NCBI RefSeq assembly: GCF_036321535.1
Contig: NC_087436.1
Coordinates: 96,350,001-96,414,000 of the forward strand
Direction of reading: 5' to 3'
DNA from: Camelus dromedarius
Taxonomy: Eukaryota
DNA length: 64,000 nucleotides
Of this stretch, positions 13,150-27,764 are shown one piece after another. The first letter of the stretch is position 1; the number at the start of each line of letters is the position of its first letter. The translations under genes and the position numbers were made by a program. The notes under the pieces were generated by a model, which did not search any database, was not told where the DNA came from, and saw nothing but the letters and a program-made list of their open reading frames with translations.

Positions 13150-14020
13150 TTTGGGAGACTCCTGGCCCAGATGCTCACTCACCTCTTATGCTTGATTTGC
13201 TCCATCTGCCTTATGGCTCCTCTACCTGTCTCCAGTTTCCCTCACCTCTTCAACCCCCCATGCACAAGGCTGCCAGAGTAATTTTCTTAAAAACTGACTT
13301 CCTCATGCCAGTGGTCTGCTTTTTTGCCTAAGTTTTATTACATGGCCTTTAAAAAACCCGTAATAATAATCACAGGACACATCACTAATGACAATTAGTG
13401 ATCTTACTGTATAAAAGTACCTTACTGCAATCTACATTTGTAACTGTTTTATCAACATTCAAGCTATATATTATAATACTGTACATTCATTCACTGGGTG
13501 CCTCTCTGGCAAGGCAATACCCAAGGTGCTCAGAAGTGATAGATGACTGTAACAGTCCTAGTTCTTTATTAGTTAACAATGAATTGGGAAACAAGGCATA
13601 GAGATTAAAGTAAAGCAATAATGTAAAAGATCTATGACTTAAAAAATTAGTATTTAATCAGTAATTCCCCTTGGAAGTCATTCAGGATGGCTTTTTATAG
13701 GAGGCAGACCTTAAAACTAAAACAAAGGCTTCATTTGTTGGGGATACGTGAGGGTAGGGTTCAGAAAGAGATCAGCTGGCTGGTGGGATAATGCCAAATT
13801 GTTGAAAGGTTGGCAAATCAGGCTCCTGAGTTCAGTCTTTATCCCACAGGTGGTAAGGGGTGGTTTAGATGTTTCTGTGTTGAAGAGGAGCACATGGATA
13901 ATTTTCGAGTACAAAGCTATCTTCTTTGCACAGAAGACTCCTATAGGAAATAAGACAGGCCACAGGAGCAGGTAAGGGTAGAAGCAGATTAAGAAGAGTA
14001 ACAGTGTTTGAGGAATCAGG
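13150..14020. mobile_element. Degraded L2 fragments (both orientations)
   Basis: GCTGCCAGAGTAATTTTCTTAAAA (+) and CATTCATTCA...GAGGAGCACATGGATA (-) L2-like motifs. Confidence 0.5.
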
Positions 14021-14249
14021 ACTGGGGTCAGGCAGGCAGAGGTCCCAGACCACCGGGGTCAAGCGGCTTCCACAATTCTCATTGCATCTCATTATTATTT
14101 TCTATTTCTGTGTTCCTTGGGGGGCACAGCCCCATTTATCATTGACTGTTGTCATTTGTATCAGTTCTTGTTTTAGTTATGCTGTAAGATTAATTCCTGG
14201 CACATGGTCAGGACTCAAAGCTGTGTTTTAAACAACACACTAAGACCAG

Positions 14250-14610
14250 AGTGAGAGGTCAGAGGGAGAGGAGGAAATGGGACCATGAAAGCCAAATCAG
14301 AAGAGACATGACAGTGGGAGCAGAGGTCAGAGAGAGAGATGTAGATGATGCTATGCTACTGGCTTTGAAGATGCAAGAAGGAGCCATGACCCAAGAAATA
14401 CAGGCAGACTCTAAAAGCTGGGAAAATCACGGAAACAGATTCTCCCTGAGAACTTCCAAAAGAATGCAGGCCTGTCAGTGCCTCGACTTCAGCTCAGTGA
14501 AACTGAATTCTGACTTCTGATCTCCATGACTATAACACAGTCAATTTGTGTTCTTTTAAGCCACTAAATTTGTGGTAAGTTCATTATAGAAGCAATACGA
14601 AACTAATACA
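14250..14610 (+). mobile_element. MaLR LTR, MLT1D-like (3' part)
   Basis: CTGGCTTTGAAGATG, GGAAACAGATTCTCCC, TTTAAGCCACTAAATTTGTGGTAA...AAACTAATACA. Confidence 0.85.
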
Positions 14611-14803
14611 AATGTTTTGCATTTGTTAGATGCTTCCTAACTTTTCAGACATCAGTGCCACTGGCTATTTTGTAAGTTCCTGGGTGTAGAGCCCATGTCT
14701 CAGACTTTTGTGTGACTTTACAGAGAGTGTGCAGAGTAGCGTCAGTTAAATTTTGCCAGTTTAAGCAACTACTAGTTTACTGCAGGTCACTGTATTAGAA
14801 AGA

Positions 14804-14992
14804 TAGTTGCCCCTTGAACAGTATGAGAGATTAATCCGCGTGCAACAGTCTGCCCTCCACGTCTGGAGTCCCTCCACATCCACAGATTTAACCAGTCACA
14901 GACTGGGTGGTACTGTAGCATTTACTATTGAAAAATACTCGTGTATAAGTGGATCCATGGAGTTCAAACCTACATTGTTTACGGGTCAACTG
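14804..14992. mobile_element. Tigger2-derived MITE (Tigger2a-like)
   Basis: TIRs TAGTTGCCCCTTGAACA and TGTTTACGGGTCAACTG, followed by TA. Confidence 0.8.
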
Positions 14993-16696
14993 TATATCAC
15001 TTTATATATGGATCTTGAGGTTTCAACCCCCACCCCCTTTTTTTTTAAAAAGAATTATTTAGCATAGTCACTACTATCAAATCGCCCTTCTTTTCCTTCC
15101 CCCTCCCCACTTGTTTTGGAGGGATAGAAAATTTACAATCAAGTCATGGAATGATCTGGACTTGGGCTTGAGATAGCTTGTTTTGATCGGATTTTAATAT
15201 TGGTGAAATCTGTGTCAATTTAAGTATTTCACAGCTGGCCAAATGTATTTTGAGGTTCATTCAATCCTATAGATTCTGCAGTAAACACCCTCTAGCATAT
15301 TTTGGTAGCATAGCTATTAATGGCAGAAAAGTTATTCCCAAAACAAATGCTCTAAATTTTACTTTTATCTTACAAATGTCATTTTGATTAGAAAATGGTA
15401 TTAAATGACCAAGATATTTTAAAACATATACTACATACATCTAAAAATGGTCTTTTATAGAACTTACATAGGAAATTAAATATTTACACATGTATGCAGA
15501 ATATGATAGCATTAATGAAAAAAAGGCTACATCTTGTACTTATTTCTGCTTCTGATTCTACTTCTTACAGAATAAAGCCTCATTTTTATATCTTTGAACC
15601 TTTGAGAATGTCTTGCTACAGGATTACAGGCATTTGTTTTTATCTTCTTTTTTGGAGCAGTGATTTTCAGAGTGCTATAACCTGAGCAGCTTTCAAATAG
15701 AGACTGAAATATAGAGACACTTTCAGATATAAATATATTCAACTTCCTTGGGCAAAAATCTCCAGAACACCAAGTTTACAGGCTGGACAACAAAATGACC
15801 TATTTAGGAAAAAGGTTAGCTAGTTATAAAAAGCAAAATGATAAAATAACTCCAGGATGAGGGGGGATACAGGAACATCATTTTACCTAAGGGGGAGAAA
15901 CTAGCCAAATCATACTCACCAGATGTAAAGCAAGATCTTCTGAAATGTCATTGACAGGTGAGGCTTATGCCAGCTATTTAACCTTCTGCAAGCCACGCAC
16001 ATTCTCCGTGCCTTCTTATTATATTGGAAGGTACTGATAAAAAATAATCACCTGTCGTATCTGAATTTGGTCAGGCACTGAATTAAGCTGACAGTTATCT
16101 TCGAATTGGGGGTGGACAGACAAGACTGAAGAAGTTTGAGTCCAAAATCTCCTTTGGTTTGAATGGCTTGGTTAGTCCGATATGAAATGAATGGAATGGG
16201 TATTAACCATACTTTGGAATTTCCATCTCGTAACCATCAGATACAACCCTAGTGCTTTCTTTAATTGCTATCTTGTTTCAGGGATGCTGAGAAAGTGTTA
16301 TTCATTTGTTTACAAAAACTCAGTAAATAGTCAGGAATAAAGGTAGTCATCATTTGATTCCGATGACCATCCAAAACCCTATTGCTAAAATCATTTCTTC
16401 TACTTCCTCCTCTTAAAAAAAATCATTAAGGGCCTCTTACATTCTACCAGTCTCTTGTTCTTAAATAATTTCCAGACACTGTTAAAATTTATAGGGAACT
16501 TGAATGTTTTGTCTCCACATAGCTTGGGATACTCATTTGATTTCTCCTCCCTCCCCCAGCTACTTCTTCCCTGAAACAAATGTCTCCTCTCCTCATTTCC
16601 TCCCCCTGCTCCTTCTTCCTCTACTTTTTCTCCTCCTCTTCCCCACCTTCCACAGTCTATCATTCTATTTCCATTTTGAATATCAGAACAAGTAGC

Positions 16697-16900
16697 TTTA
16701 ATGTGTCTATTATACTAGGCACAGAGCTAAGTGCTTTTCATATCTTACCTCATTAATTCTCACAGGAATCTTACAAGTCAAATATATTATTAGCCCCATT
16801 TAAAAGATGAGAAAACCAAGGCTCACAGAAGACACACTTCTACAAGGTGATGAAATCCAAATACCAGACCTGGCAGTTTCCAGTTCCAGAGCCAAAAGCT
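16697..16900 (-). mobile_element. MIR SINE
   Basis: CCCCATTTTAAAAGATGAGAAAACCAAGGCTCACAGA core. Confidence 0.8.
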
Positions 16901-18169
16901 ACACAATTCTCTCTTATTGTTAACATCTTGAAAGATTATGTAACCCACACTCCCTCAGCTTCCAAATCAGACTGGGGGAGGAAGGGAGGTGGTGGACACT
17001 CCAGTCCTGCACTCAGTGTTCGTGAGTGAGTGGATACATGCATGAAAGAAACAGTAATAGTCAGTGTGAGCCTCTGGATTACCCTGGGGACCTGCTATGA
17101 AACACGTGGCTGACGCATTCTTGTATGCTATTACCAGTATAGGTCCTAATATATACAGAGTGCTCTGGGATCTCCGTAGCTGTGAAAGCTGTACCATGCG
17201 TCCCCACTGTCCCCGATGGGGGTCATATCAGCTGCTGCTGCTGGGCTGTAAGATGCCCCAGTTGAATTCACTTAAGCCTCAGATATTGATCCCAATCAAT
17301 CCCATTGCTGCTGCTGCCCTCAACTGAGACGGACATGGCAGTGCTGGTGGCCCTTGCCCCATCACCTTTATAAGGGGCTCCAGGATTGCTGCCTCAGTTT
17401 TCCCTCTTAAAGAATCTGTAACAGATTTCCTAGGAGCTTTGGTTAAGGGATGCGGAAGGGCATCACCTGGAAGCAGCCAATGCCACTTTCCAGCACCCAG
17501 AGACCAAGGCTGACCCCGCCCTCTGCCACCTCAGAGAGGACTTCCTGTCTACTCAGGTCACATACGTGTATGTGGCCTTTTCCTCTTGTATATGGGTATG
17601 ATTCGTAAAGTCTGGGGCAATTTGCCACTTGCTTCCTCTGAAGATCCAACTAGTATGTCTCTCATCCCTTTCCATTCTAGTTCCCAGAGACCCGGGCAGC
17701 CAGGAGATACAGGTCATGCTCCACACCTTTCTACTTTACTAGGACACTGAAGAACTGCTGAATTTAGAACAAAACAGAACACCAGTCAGACTCGTTATAA
17801 CAAACTTACACATACATCCGAGTGAATACTGACACACCTTCTTTTCCAACAATGTTGGAAATACTTTTGGAATCTTCTCTTAGCATTGCTTTTAAAAATA
17901 GGTGGAATCAATGAATGAGTACTATCCAAATAAATGGTGATGATCCTTCTCTTTTGTGAGTAAAGTTGGTTTATGAAACTAAGCCTAGAAATTATGGGGA
18001 GATAACATGCTGGCCGTACGTGGTCTTGCCTCCATATATTTCCTGACCTCATTTTCTATCAAGGCTGATGCTCAGCAGAGACACACAGATGCATGCAGCT
18101 TACTGATTGCTAATAGACAGTATTTGTTCTGGTTGGTTGGTGCCTGTATACAGGAATGTTAAATTTTAT

Positions 18170-18656
18170 GAAAATTGCCCTATCTCCATCTATGTGCCAC
18201 ACTGACCACAATGTTGCTCCTTGGGCACCTAAGGCATGCTGTGCCTCAGGACCTTTGCATGTGCTTCTTGGCAGAAATGCTTGCGTTCCATGTACCTACG
18301 TGGCTCCCTGCCCCAAACTGCTCATGTCTCTGTTCAAACATTATCTTGTCAGACAGACCTTCTCTGACCATTCATCACCGGGAAAGAGCAACTCTGCCCA
18401 TTGCTCTCCTTACCTTGCTTCATTTTTCTTCACAGTACATATCACCCCACAAAGTTTACAAAGAGATTTAAAAATTTTAATTTATCTTTTTATTTTTGAC
18501 ATGATGGTTCCTCCATTAGAGCATGAAAGCCCTGACCATAGGGGAAATGTGTATGTTAAATAAACACAGTTAGTTACCATAGTTAAATTCTATATCCTCC
18601 AGGCTTAGAACAGTGTCTTGCATGTAGAAAGCCCTCAATAAATAGTTGTTCAATGA
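18170..18656 (+). mobile_element. L2 3' end
   Basis: GCCTCAGGACCTTTGCA... and terminal AGAACAGTGTCTTGCATGTAG...CTCAATAAATAGTTGTTCAATGA. Confidence 0.75.
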
Positions 18657-19056
18657 CTGTTGGGAGTTTCTGGTTAAAAATAGGGGATGACTATAAAGAA
18701 AGAAGGCATGCCTATCCTCCTGGCTTGTAAACTTATTTCTGATAATTCTACAAAAGCACTTTTTAAAATGTTGAGAATAACCATGGCCTCTTAAGATGTC
18801 AACCTTGACAGACAGTTAGAAATAAACATTCTGGTTTAATATAAACAAACAGAATATAAATGTTTTCCAACTGTATCATCATGTCACATATCTTTCCTTC
18901 TCCTAATTGAGTGGGCAACAAAGATACCATTGGCAGATGAGTTTTGTTTTTTTTAAATGACTGCCAGCTAGTTGAGCCAGGCTTGATGTCACTTCTTTAA
19001 CTAGTTGTCAGCATCTTCTAGGTACAGAGATAACGGAGCTAATAAATAACAACAAC

Positions 19057-19300
19057 AATAATAAACCTAGTTAACATTTAATGAGGGCTTATTATGTGCC
19101 AGCCATGTGATAAGCATTTCACAAGCTTTCTCTCATTTAAGCCTCATAAAAATCCTATGATATTTTTCATTTTAGAGGTAATTTCTCTAATTGTGGATTT
19201 GCTTAAGTAACTTGCTTTAAGGCACCGAGCCAGAAAATGGCACGGCAAGGTCTCAAACCCAAGTGTTTCCAACTCCAGATTCTGAATCTTTAGCTTCTAT
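19057..19300 (-). mobile_element. MIR SINE
   Basis: TTATTATGTGCCAG...CTCATTTAAGCCTCA...TTAAGTAACTTGC...TCAAACCCAAG. Confidence 0.75.
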
Positions 19301-19609
19301 TACTGCCTAGTCCTGTGAATCATGTGTCAAATGTACACACATGATAAATTCCTTCTCACAATTCAGGGGAGAGATCCAACCCCATCTCTCCAGGAGTTTA
19401 TATTCAGTCACCTTACCCAAAAGCCCAGTGATCTTGTCAACCTAAAAGTCTCATTCATAGGCCTAAAGAGGAGGTCTTTTATGCTTATTTCATATTACTT
19501 ATATTTTCCACTTTTAATAGTGAACAGTGGGGAAGGGTTTCTAAATCCTGGCGATGTTTCCCATTGACTTGGTTGTCCTAAAGTACTTTCCACATTCTAA
19601 TCATCAAGA

Positions 19610-19920
19610 GTACACATTTACGTAGCATACTGCAGTTTCAGAAGTGCTTTTCCATCCATTATCATAACACACTTCCGAGTCAAGGAGGACAGGTTATATT
19701 GTCACTATTTTTCAGATGATAGAGTGATACTCCCCACTTCCTCTCCTTAAAAAGAAATAAAACAAAATGGAACTCCTGGGAGTTTCAAAGAAATGGAATA
19801 ATGTAATATTGAAGTTGGAAGAGGTCCCAGAAGTCCTGTTTTTCATCCACCTCATTCTATAGATGAGGAAGAGTCCCAGAGAGAACTGCCCAAGGTCAAG
19901 GAGCTACTGTCCAAACCAAA
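19610..19920 (-). mobile_element. MIR/MIR3 fragments
   Basis: CCTCATTCTATAGATGAGGAAG...CTGCCCAAGGTCA. Confidence 0.6.
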
Positions 19921-22589
19921 AGCAGAAGCTAAGACGTTTCAGTCCATTTTGTGCTCCCTTACCATCTCATGAACACGAAGGTTATACTGTGTGCACACAC
20001 AAGGCTATTAGCAAACAAGCAGAAAGCTCTCCAGCGAAAACGCTCAAATCTCTCCAACTCCCAAATGGCTGTTACACAAGCCTGACTGTGCATGATTTAA
20101 ATGGAATACAAAATGAAACTTGCCATAAAAATAATGTTACAGAAAGTGGCAAGGTTCCTCACTGGTCCCCAAAATCATCATGCAGCCAGACCCTAATGTT
20201 AGCAGTGTCTGATTTCCCATTGTTTTTTGCGAGAATTGCATGGGAATTTACAATTGCACTGCTGTTGTCTGGTTTCACCTCATCCTTCAGTCCCTGTTTT
20301 CCTGGGAGGAAGGCGCCCTTCTCCACCAACTTTCCCCTCCCTGGGGTGACTACAGCAAAAACCAGGAACTGCATTCATGGAATGTATTTTACTGGAAGTT
20401 CTGGTCTGGAGGATAGGGACTCCATGGCTGGGTTCTACAACCATCTCTTTGGGGCTCTAGCTGGCCTCACCTAGAGTAGGGGAGCAATACTGGCATGGGA
20501 GTTTGGGTACACTGACACAGAGGGTTAGCTCTGCTGGGGGCGGGAGCAGGAGGTGACAGGACTGGAACAAACACTGGAGGGATGGATCCTGTGAACCAAA
20601 GAGAGTCCTGGCAGCAGCAGGTCCTGCAGAACACCTGGGAAGGCCAGGTCAGGAGGTAGACTGCCCCCATCTCCTCTCCACTTTCATTCCTATTAAGACG
20701 TCTGAACTCAACAGATGTTTCTTATGCACTTATTCTGAGCACTAAATGTTACTTTATCTTAACGGAGCGTAATGACTTCACACTGGCTTACAGTCAGTTT
20801 AAGACTCGCATCTGGAAGAGTTTTAAGAAAAGAATAATGATTTGTTTCTACATTGGGCTCATTGTTTATATACGACAGAATTTCACCCTCAGAACTTGGT
20901 AAGATGTATCATATGGGTGTTTTTGGTTCTGACAGAGAGGAAGATTGACATTCTCGAACCTACCCCTGATTAAACAGCTGGTAAAAACTACTGAATCTAG
21001 GATTCTAGTATTGTGATTCTTGGATGCTGTGGTATCAAATGAAACTCGTGTCCTGGAAACCTGTACTGCCTTCCTCCAGGCACTGGTGGGTACTGGCAGA
21101 GAGGAAATTTACATGTGCATTTCAAGGTCTGCACAGTGTAAAATGGGAACCTTCCCTTTCGCTTATACACCCACTGGAGCAGCCCCCAGAGCCAAGGGTG
21201 TGCTTTGATCCCATGATTTCAGCAAAAGTGAAAACCTTTTTACCTCTTTGACACAGTTGAGATATTGTACAAAGTTTCCAAAAAGAAAAAGGTAAGAAAC
21301 AACAAAAAGGAAAGATTAAACAATAAGTACTGAATCCAAAGGATGAGCTTCAAATATTTTTTAACAATCTCATTAGCATTTGGCTAAGCCCTTAATTTCT
21401 GTTCTTTAGGTAATCCCGGAGGCACACGCAGGATGGCAGGCTCCTAGCCTCCCTCTGCCCTGCTGAGGCTCAGCTTTCTGGCTCCCCTGCCTCAAAGGGA
21501 CCAGACTGCCTCAGTCTCTAGCCCTTTTCAAGGAGCACCAAACTCAAAGTTAAAAAACAAAAACTGCTTCTGTTCCACAATTCTTCTCTCTCAGTTCCAC
21601 CCTACTCCCAGATTTATGGGTCAGAATCAACGAACAGGTGAATTAACCCTTTCCAGATTCTAGTTATCATCCACCTACAGCCCTTCTCTCCTCCACATCA
21701 AACACTGACAGGAACGCCTGTATTACTTCCCCAATAGAACACGCGCTTACAACCCCCACTGCAGGCACACAATAAGTGATCACCTTACACAACGGTTGGG
21801 TCATTCATTCTACCACGGGAGCCACTTGAAACGAAACAGTTTTCAACTGTATGTGAGATCTGATCTGTATTGAAATCCTTCCTAGAGAGAGATGGCTGCT
21901 CATTTTTATAAGAGTGCGCCTTCCCACATAAATGTGGGCACCACATGCTCTCTGGAACATCGGTGGCAGGAAAACCGCATCAAGGTCTAAAAGATTACCA
22001 GGAGTTGAAAGAATGACCTATGAACCTTCATGTAGATTTAAAGCAACATTAAAGGGATTCTTTATGTGTGAAAGAAATGATTTCTAGTATAAGATTTTAG
22101 CACATCTTACATTAAAAGGAGGAAGTGGTAACTTTTTATTCTCTCTGAATGTCATTTTCTTGAAATCTGCTTCCTACCTATGGCTTCAAAAGAGGCATTT
22201 TTTGGTTTGTTTGTTTTGGTTTGGTTTTTGGGCCATTTTTTTTAACATAAATTTGAAGTAGTGTCTGCTCTATTATTTAAAGATGGAACTATTAATACCT
22301 CATAACTTGGGCTGAATTCATATTTACGTGTTAAGCCAACATTTTAAAAAAAATACACTGTTTAAATGTGGTTACCTCTAGCTAAAAAGTATGTATGACT
22401 ATGTAGCTGGCATAATTGGGGAATAATGACCCATTTCATGCCACAATTTACAAAAAAGTTATTCAAGTAATTCTCATTCCCTTGTAACCTTCTATCTCTT
22501 ATTTTCTACCTGAAGGCTTTTAGCAAATTCTGATCTAGAATTTTTAAGTTCTCGCTATCTTTCAGGCATTGTTTTAGGTTATTTCTCAA

Positions 22590-22710
22590 GATAGCCCTGT
22601 GAGGTAGTTATTATTATGCCCAACTTTCAGAAGCTTGAGGGGCATTGAAACTTCAGGAAATTAAATGATTTACCCAAAATTATAACAAATCTTGACACAA
22701 ACCCAGATCT
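22590..22710 (-). mobile_element. MIR fragment
   Basis: CCCTGTGAGGTAGTTATTATTATGCCC...TTAAATGATTTACCCAA. Confidence 0.6.
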
Positions 22711-22769
22711 ACCCCCCGAATCCTTCCACCTAACCAGTCCATGCTATGGCACATTTGTTTTATTTTACT

Positions 22770-23244
22770 ACCTTTATTTATCTATTGTGGCAGGCAAGCC
22801 ACATCAAGGCCTTAAAGGCATAACAAATAAAAATCATTGGCTTAAAACCACCACCACCATTCATTTTTCCTCCTGGATCTGTGATCCAGGCAGGGTGTGC
22901 TGGGGAAGGAGTGTCCACTCCCTACGGCACTGGTCAGCTAGGAGGGCTCTGCTGGGGGCGGAGATCTCCTTTCAGGGAAGCTCCCCTTCCTTGCTGGCAA
23001 GGTGGTGCTGCTTCTCTTCCAGGGGTCTCTCAGTAGGGTGGCTGGGTTCCAAAGAACAAGTGATTCAAAAGACAGAAAAGGAAGGGTCCAATTTCTAAAA
23101 GCCCAAGCCCAGAACCCAGTGCTGGGCCATTTCTTCTGTATCCTATTGGCCAAAAACAGAGTTTAAATTCAAGGTGCATCAATTCCACCTGTTAGTGGGT
23201 GGTGTGCCAAAAAAACCTGGGGGCCATGTGCCAAAAGTCTCACA
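22770..23244 (-). mobile_element. Old MaLR LTR (MLT1H-like)
   Basis: TGGCTTAAAAC, GCTGGCAAGGTGGTGCTG and TTCTGTATCCTATTGGCCAAA motifs of antisense MLT1. Confidence 0.65.
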
Positions 23245-25509
23245 CTTTAAGATTTCTAGTTCAGCAGTGATTTCATTAAATCATGAAATTCCTATTTTAT
23301 GATGCTCTTACCCCCACGAGTTTGCAGATTAATACCTACAAATGGTAGCTTCTCAGAGGTGGGAAGGTCTGATCTTTTTACATTTTCCCCACGTATTCCT
23401 TTTATTGTTATTAGAATTGATTCTTTACATAGATTATTTGGGCTTCTGAATAGAGTGAGCCTGGGCTTAAGAGGGAACTTTTATTTTCCTGTCTTCTTTT
23501 CGGTGTTCTCAGTAGAAAGACTGGTTGTCAGCACCCGCAGCTGGACCAGTTTCCCCGCTGGCCACTCCACTATTGTAGAGAGGTCTATTTCTTAGATTTG
23601 ATACATCTTGATCGTTCTCTTTTAACTAATTTTGACCAGCTCATGCCTGACTGGATATCAGATACGACAGTTTGATTCCAATTAGTCCAACTGGCCTTTG
23701 CACATAAACATCCCTCTCACAGTCAGTGTTTGTATTGTTGGTAGCTGTGTTGGTCCTACCTCTGAGATGGATGAGTCTGAAAAATAAAGGCAGTGGAAGA
23801 TAGCTCGTATTTTCCTAGTAACTCTTCACACCAGCCAGTTAGGACTTTGGTTGTATACAACGCCTATAATAAATACTGCAGCTGATGCGTAGAATAAAGT
23901 CTGAAGGAGATATATTCAGTGGCGAGAATCTCTCTGAATGACACTACACATAATAGATTAGATTAAGCATTATGAAGGATACCCTTTCAAGTTTTGTGAT
24001 TTCATTTCTGAGTTCGATTCCATCATCACTCTTGGAATAAGACATCTGATATTTGAGCTTTGCTGTCTGTTTTGAGTGTACCCATGTCAAAGTCTTTGAA
24101 GTATTTTAGATTAAAAATGAGCTTTCAAGGAAGTATATCATTCCCTTTGAATTGCATCCAAAGCTGCAGTTTTTTATTCTTTAATTAACTTAGTATCACA
24201 CAAATTCTTCTAATTATACAATAGCCAACAAGCTTTAATTTGTCGAATGAATTCTGTTTAATTATAGCAAAAATATGATGGAAGCTAACACTCTGAAGAA
24301 GTGATACAAAGGTATCTAAGTTGACATCACCACATTTCCTTTCAGACTGTACCTAACTCAGCACCTATGTATTCTTGTGAACCATCTGCTACAAGTTTTG
24401 CTTTTATTTAAATCACGACCCTTAAAAGAGTCTGAGTTGAAAAGAACTGTCAGCTTACTTTCTCAAACCCAATTACTTTGTAGATGAGTTCTGTTATTCT
24501 GTAGAAATTTCACCATTTGCCATTTTAAAAGTGAGTTTGTACTTTTTAGTTGTCTATCTCTGCGTATCAATGTACCCCAAAACTTAGTGGTTTAAAACAA
24601 ATTATTTCTCAAGAGATAAGCTGACATCTCCCAAGGCCATGCTAAGCGCTATAAAAATGTTCTGATAGGGATGTTTGCATATAGTTGCTGCTCTTTCTAA
24701 ATGGTATGTAACGCCCTACAGCTCACTGTCTTCTCTTCTTTGTGTTAAGATATCTCACTATGATACAATACGGGCCATGTCAAACTAGAGATCTAATTTG
24801 AATGAGTAATTAAAGGCTTCCACTGTGTCCAAATGTTAAAACTGAATTAAGTGAATATTCGCGTTCAGGGAGAAGCCCTTCTTCCCCTCCCTGGAAGTTC
24901 CCTCTCGAGCATAAGATTCCTGGACTCCCTATTTACCAGAACTTGGATAGGAAGTTAAAGGGTGACTTATTTGACGGGAAAATGTGGGAAGAGTAAGCCA
25001 GGCAAGCTCAGACCGCCTGCTCAGCCCCTTCCCCTGGGGAACCGCCCCTGTCTGTCTGTGGAGAGCGTGGTTCTGCTCCCTGCCCCAGGCCCTGCGTTTT
25101 ATAGAGTGACCCCTCGGGGGCCCACCGCTGCCAGCGTGTGGGAGGAAGACTGACTAATTCTGGTGTTGAGTGTTCAGAACCACAAAAGCATTCTCTCTTA
25201 TTATCCTTAGCAACAAAAAAGGTGCTACTTTGATTTCCTATCTGCAAACTCTTTGGTCTATTTTCCTCAGCTCTAGAACTTGGGAGGTTCTAGAAGGGTG
25301 CAATTTACAGAGTTGTTGTCAAGTCTCAACTCATCATCATCACAACAATAACTCTTAATCAGTAACGCTTGTTGAGCACTTGCTCTGTGTCAGGTATTAC
25401 TCACTTTTCAGGTATTATCTCATTTAATGTAATTATGACAAAGGCAAGTCAAGGAAACTGCACAACATAACTGGGGGGTTGGGCTATTTCCCCTCCCTTT
25501 GACTCCAGG

Positions 25510-25764
25510 CTCACCTTAACAGTTCACACAGACAACATCCTGGGACCTCTGTGCCTGAAGAGGCCTGGCAGCTTCCATTTCCTTTCTCTGGGGAAGCCAG
25601 TCCCCGGTAACGAATCCTGAATGATGAGAAAAAAAGCTGGAGAGCACGAGCTCTCATGGAGGAGCAGGCAGAGCCAGACGCACAAGTGAGAACTGGTAAA
25701 TGGCTGCTGGTTTAAGTCACTGAGTTTTGGGTGAGTTGATAAACAGCAACAGATAACTGAAACA
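25510..25764 (+). mobile_element. Old MaLR LTR 3' part (MLT1F/H-like)
   Basis: TTTAAGTCACTGAGTTTTGGG...CAGCAACAGATAACTGAAACA terminus. Confidence 0.65.
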
Positions 25765-26609
25765 TAATATACAAACTTGCAGACACCCTTTAAAATGGCA
25801 AATGGCATCACTGCTGTGGTGTAACGAGAATTTTAAAAGATCCACAGGAGATTTATTAAACAATAAATCTATCTGTATACAGTGTACCTCTTATATGGTC
25901 CAAGTCATGCTTTCTTTTAAACGTCATTCTAAATGAGCCACTTTCAAGGGACAAACGATAACATCATCTCAAGACATCAGCCCCACTTTTATTCAAAAGG
26001 ATAAAAGCTCTTTGTTGAATAGTAAAGATTATCACTCTATTCCCTGTAGACAGCTCACCATCACTCTGCCTCGTATTCAATTACCACGTAGAACAGTTCC
26101 TATGCCCTGGCTCTACTCCTTCCTCTGGGGAGCCCTCCTAACCCCTCATTCCTCCTCAATTGTCTTTCTATTGCTCTGCTCACATTTTACCTTGGGGCCC
26201 AGGGTCCAAATGCAATCTCGTTCTACCAGAGGGACACACCTGCACGAGATCTGGAGGGCAAGGGGGGCCAGGGAGGTCCTTCCACGGGTTCAGCAGATGT
26301 GCATGCCTGTGGAAGCTAGCCAGCTACCCAGTACCCAGCAGCAGCTGTGATCCTGGAAGTGACTTCTACAGTTTCCTGCTGACAGCTTTGGCAATGTGAC
26401 CTAAATGCCCAGTTGTGCTCATGACCTTCACTCCTCTGATCTTTACAATGACTTGGGGGGAATATTTAGTTCCCTGAAGCATCTGGAATGGTTTTTGTTG
26501 TTACTACTGAGCTCTGATGCCTCTGCAGATAGCATTCCTTGAGGGCAGGAAAGGCCTTATTTATTTCTGCATATCCATACCTGCACGGTGTCTGGATCAC
26601 AGTGGAAAG

Positions 26610-26860
26610 TAATAATAAAGATAATAAGGATAGTAACAGCAAACAATGTTTAGTAAGTGTCCAGCAATGTTCTAAGTGCTTTACATCTACTAGTTTATTT
26701 AATCTACTCAGCAATCCTGTGAGGTAGGTACTACAATCTTAGAGATTATGAAACTGAACAAAGAAATAAAGCAACGTACTTAAGGAATCACTGCATTAAA
26801 TAGTGACCTGGAGAAGTCAAACCTAGCTACTCTGGCTTTCAAGTCTATACTTGGATGTAA
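26610..26860 (-). mobile_element. MIR SINE
   Basis: TTCTAAGTGCTTTACAT...AATCCTGTGAGGTAGGTACTA...GAAACTGA. Confidence 0.8.
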
Positions 26861-27764
26861 TACTCTGCTGCTTAAATAATGTTTGTGGAAGGACTTGAAG
26901 ATTCACCCACTAAAATTTTAGAACTCATTTATTATAAATGCACATAGGGCATTTATCGTAAAATGGCAGTTCCTATATTTTCCTTTAAGACTCTTAACTT
27001 TGACAAATGTTCTTGGAGTATCAAAAGAGCCTATATGTGTTGCTATGCTTCACTCTTTTTCCCCCAATGACTCCTAAAAACAATGAAAAACCAAGGAGCT
27101 TGGGAATTAGCACATAGGTTTCTTATGAATTTCTTGATGCACATCTGTCTCTTGTCTGCGGGCACAAGCTAAAGCAAATGGCCACTGGCTGCAGCAACTG
27201 TGGCTTCTACCAATTGGAGAATAAGCTTTCTTACCAAGACGCCAAAGGAATGGAGAAGAGAGTCAGGGAAGATACAAAGACAAGTAAAGTGCAAAATCTA
27301 AGTGGGAATGGACTCAGCATCTGATCATTAATATTGTGGACGAAAGTGCACAACCCTCAAAGATGACTAGTGCATAAATCTGTATGTTCTTGGGGGGATG
27401 TACCCCCAAAAGGCATTAGAGTATCTTTTTCTCCACTCTAGATGTCTCTTGACACCCTGAGGGAGATGCACCAGCAGCCCGGGCCAGGGCCGGCACTTAT
27501 TCCTCAGGGGAGAAGCATCTTAATCTGATGGATGCACTTGGAAAGAAAATCTGCCCAGCTCCTTCTTTCTCTCTTATAAGTAAACCTGTCATTCTTCTCT
27601 GCTCCTCCATGTCTTAAAGGGGTCAACTCTGTTCACTGGATGGAGGGGCAGTCTGTGCTTTGCCCATTGCTGGTAGTGTCTGGAGGGTAAGTCTGTGCAA
27701 TTTTGAGGTTCAGTACCAGGAAACCCACTAGCCTAAAGTTAAAAGCCACATTCCCCAATAAAGA

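Noticed and set aside
19863..20474. Longest ORF in the window (203 aa, + strand)
   Set aside because: Starts inside a MIR fragment, has no recognisable domain and is antisense within an intron; likely chance.
23300..24180. Unique stretch with some retained CpGs, considered as an endogenous viral element or retrocopy
   Set aside because: The frames I translated by hand had frequent stops and no recognisable motif. A tBLASTx search would be needed to exclude it fully.
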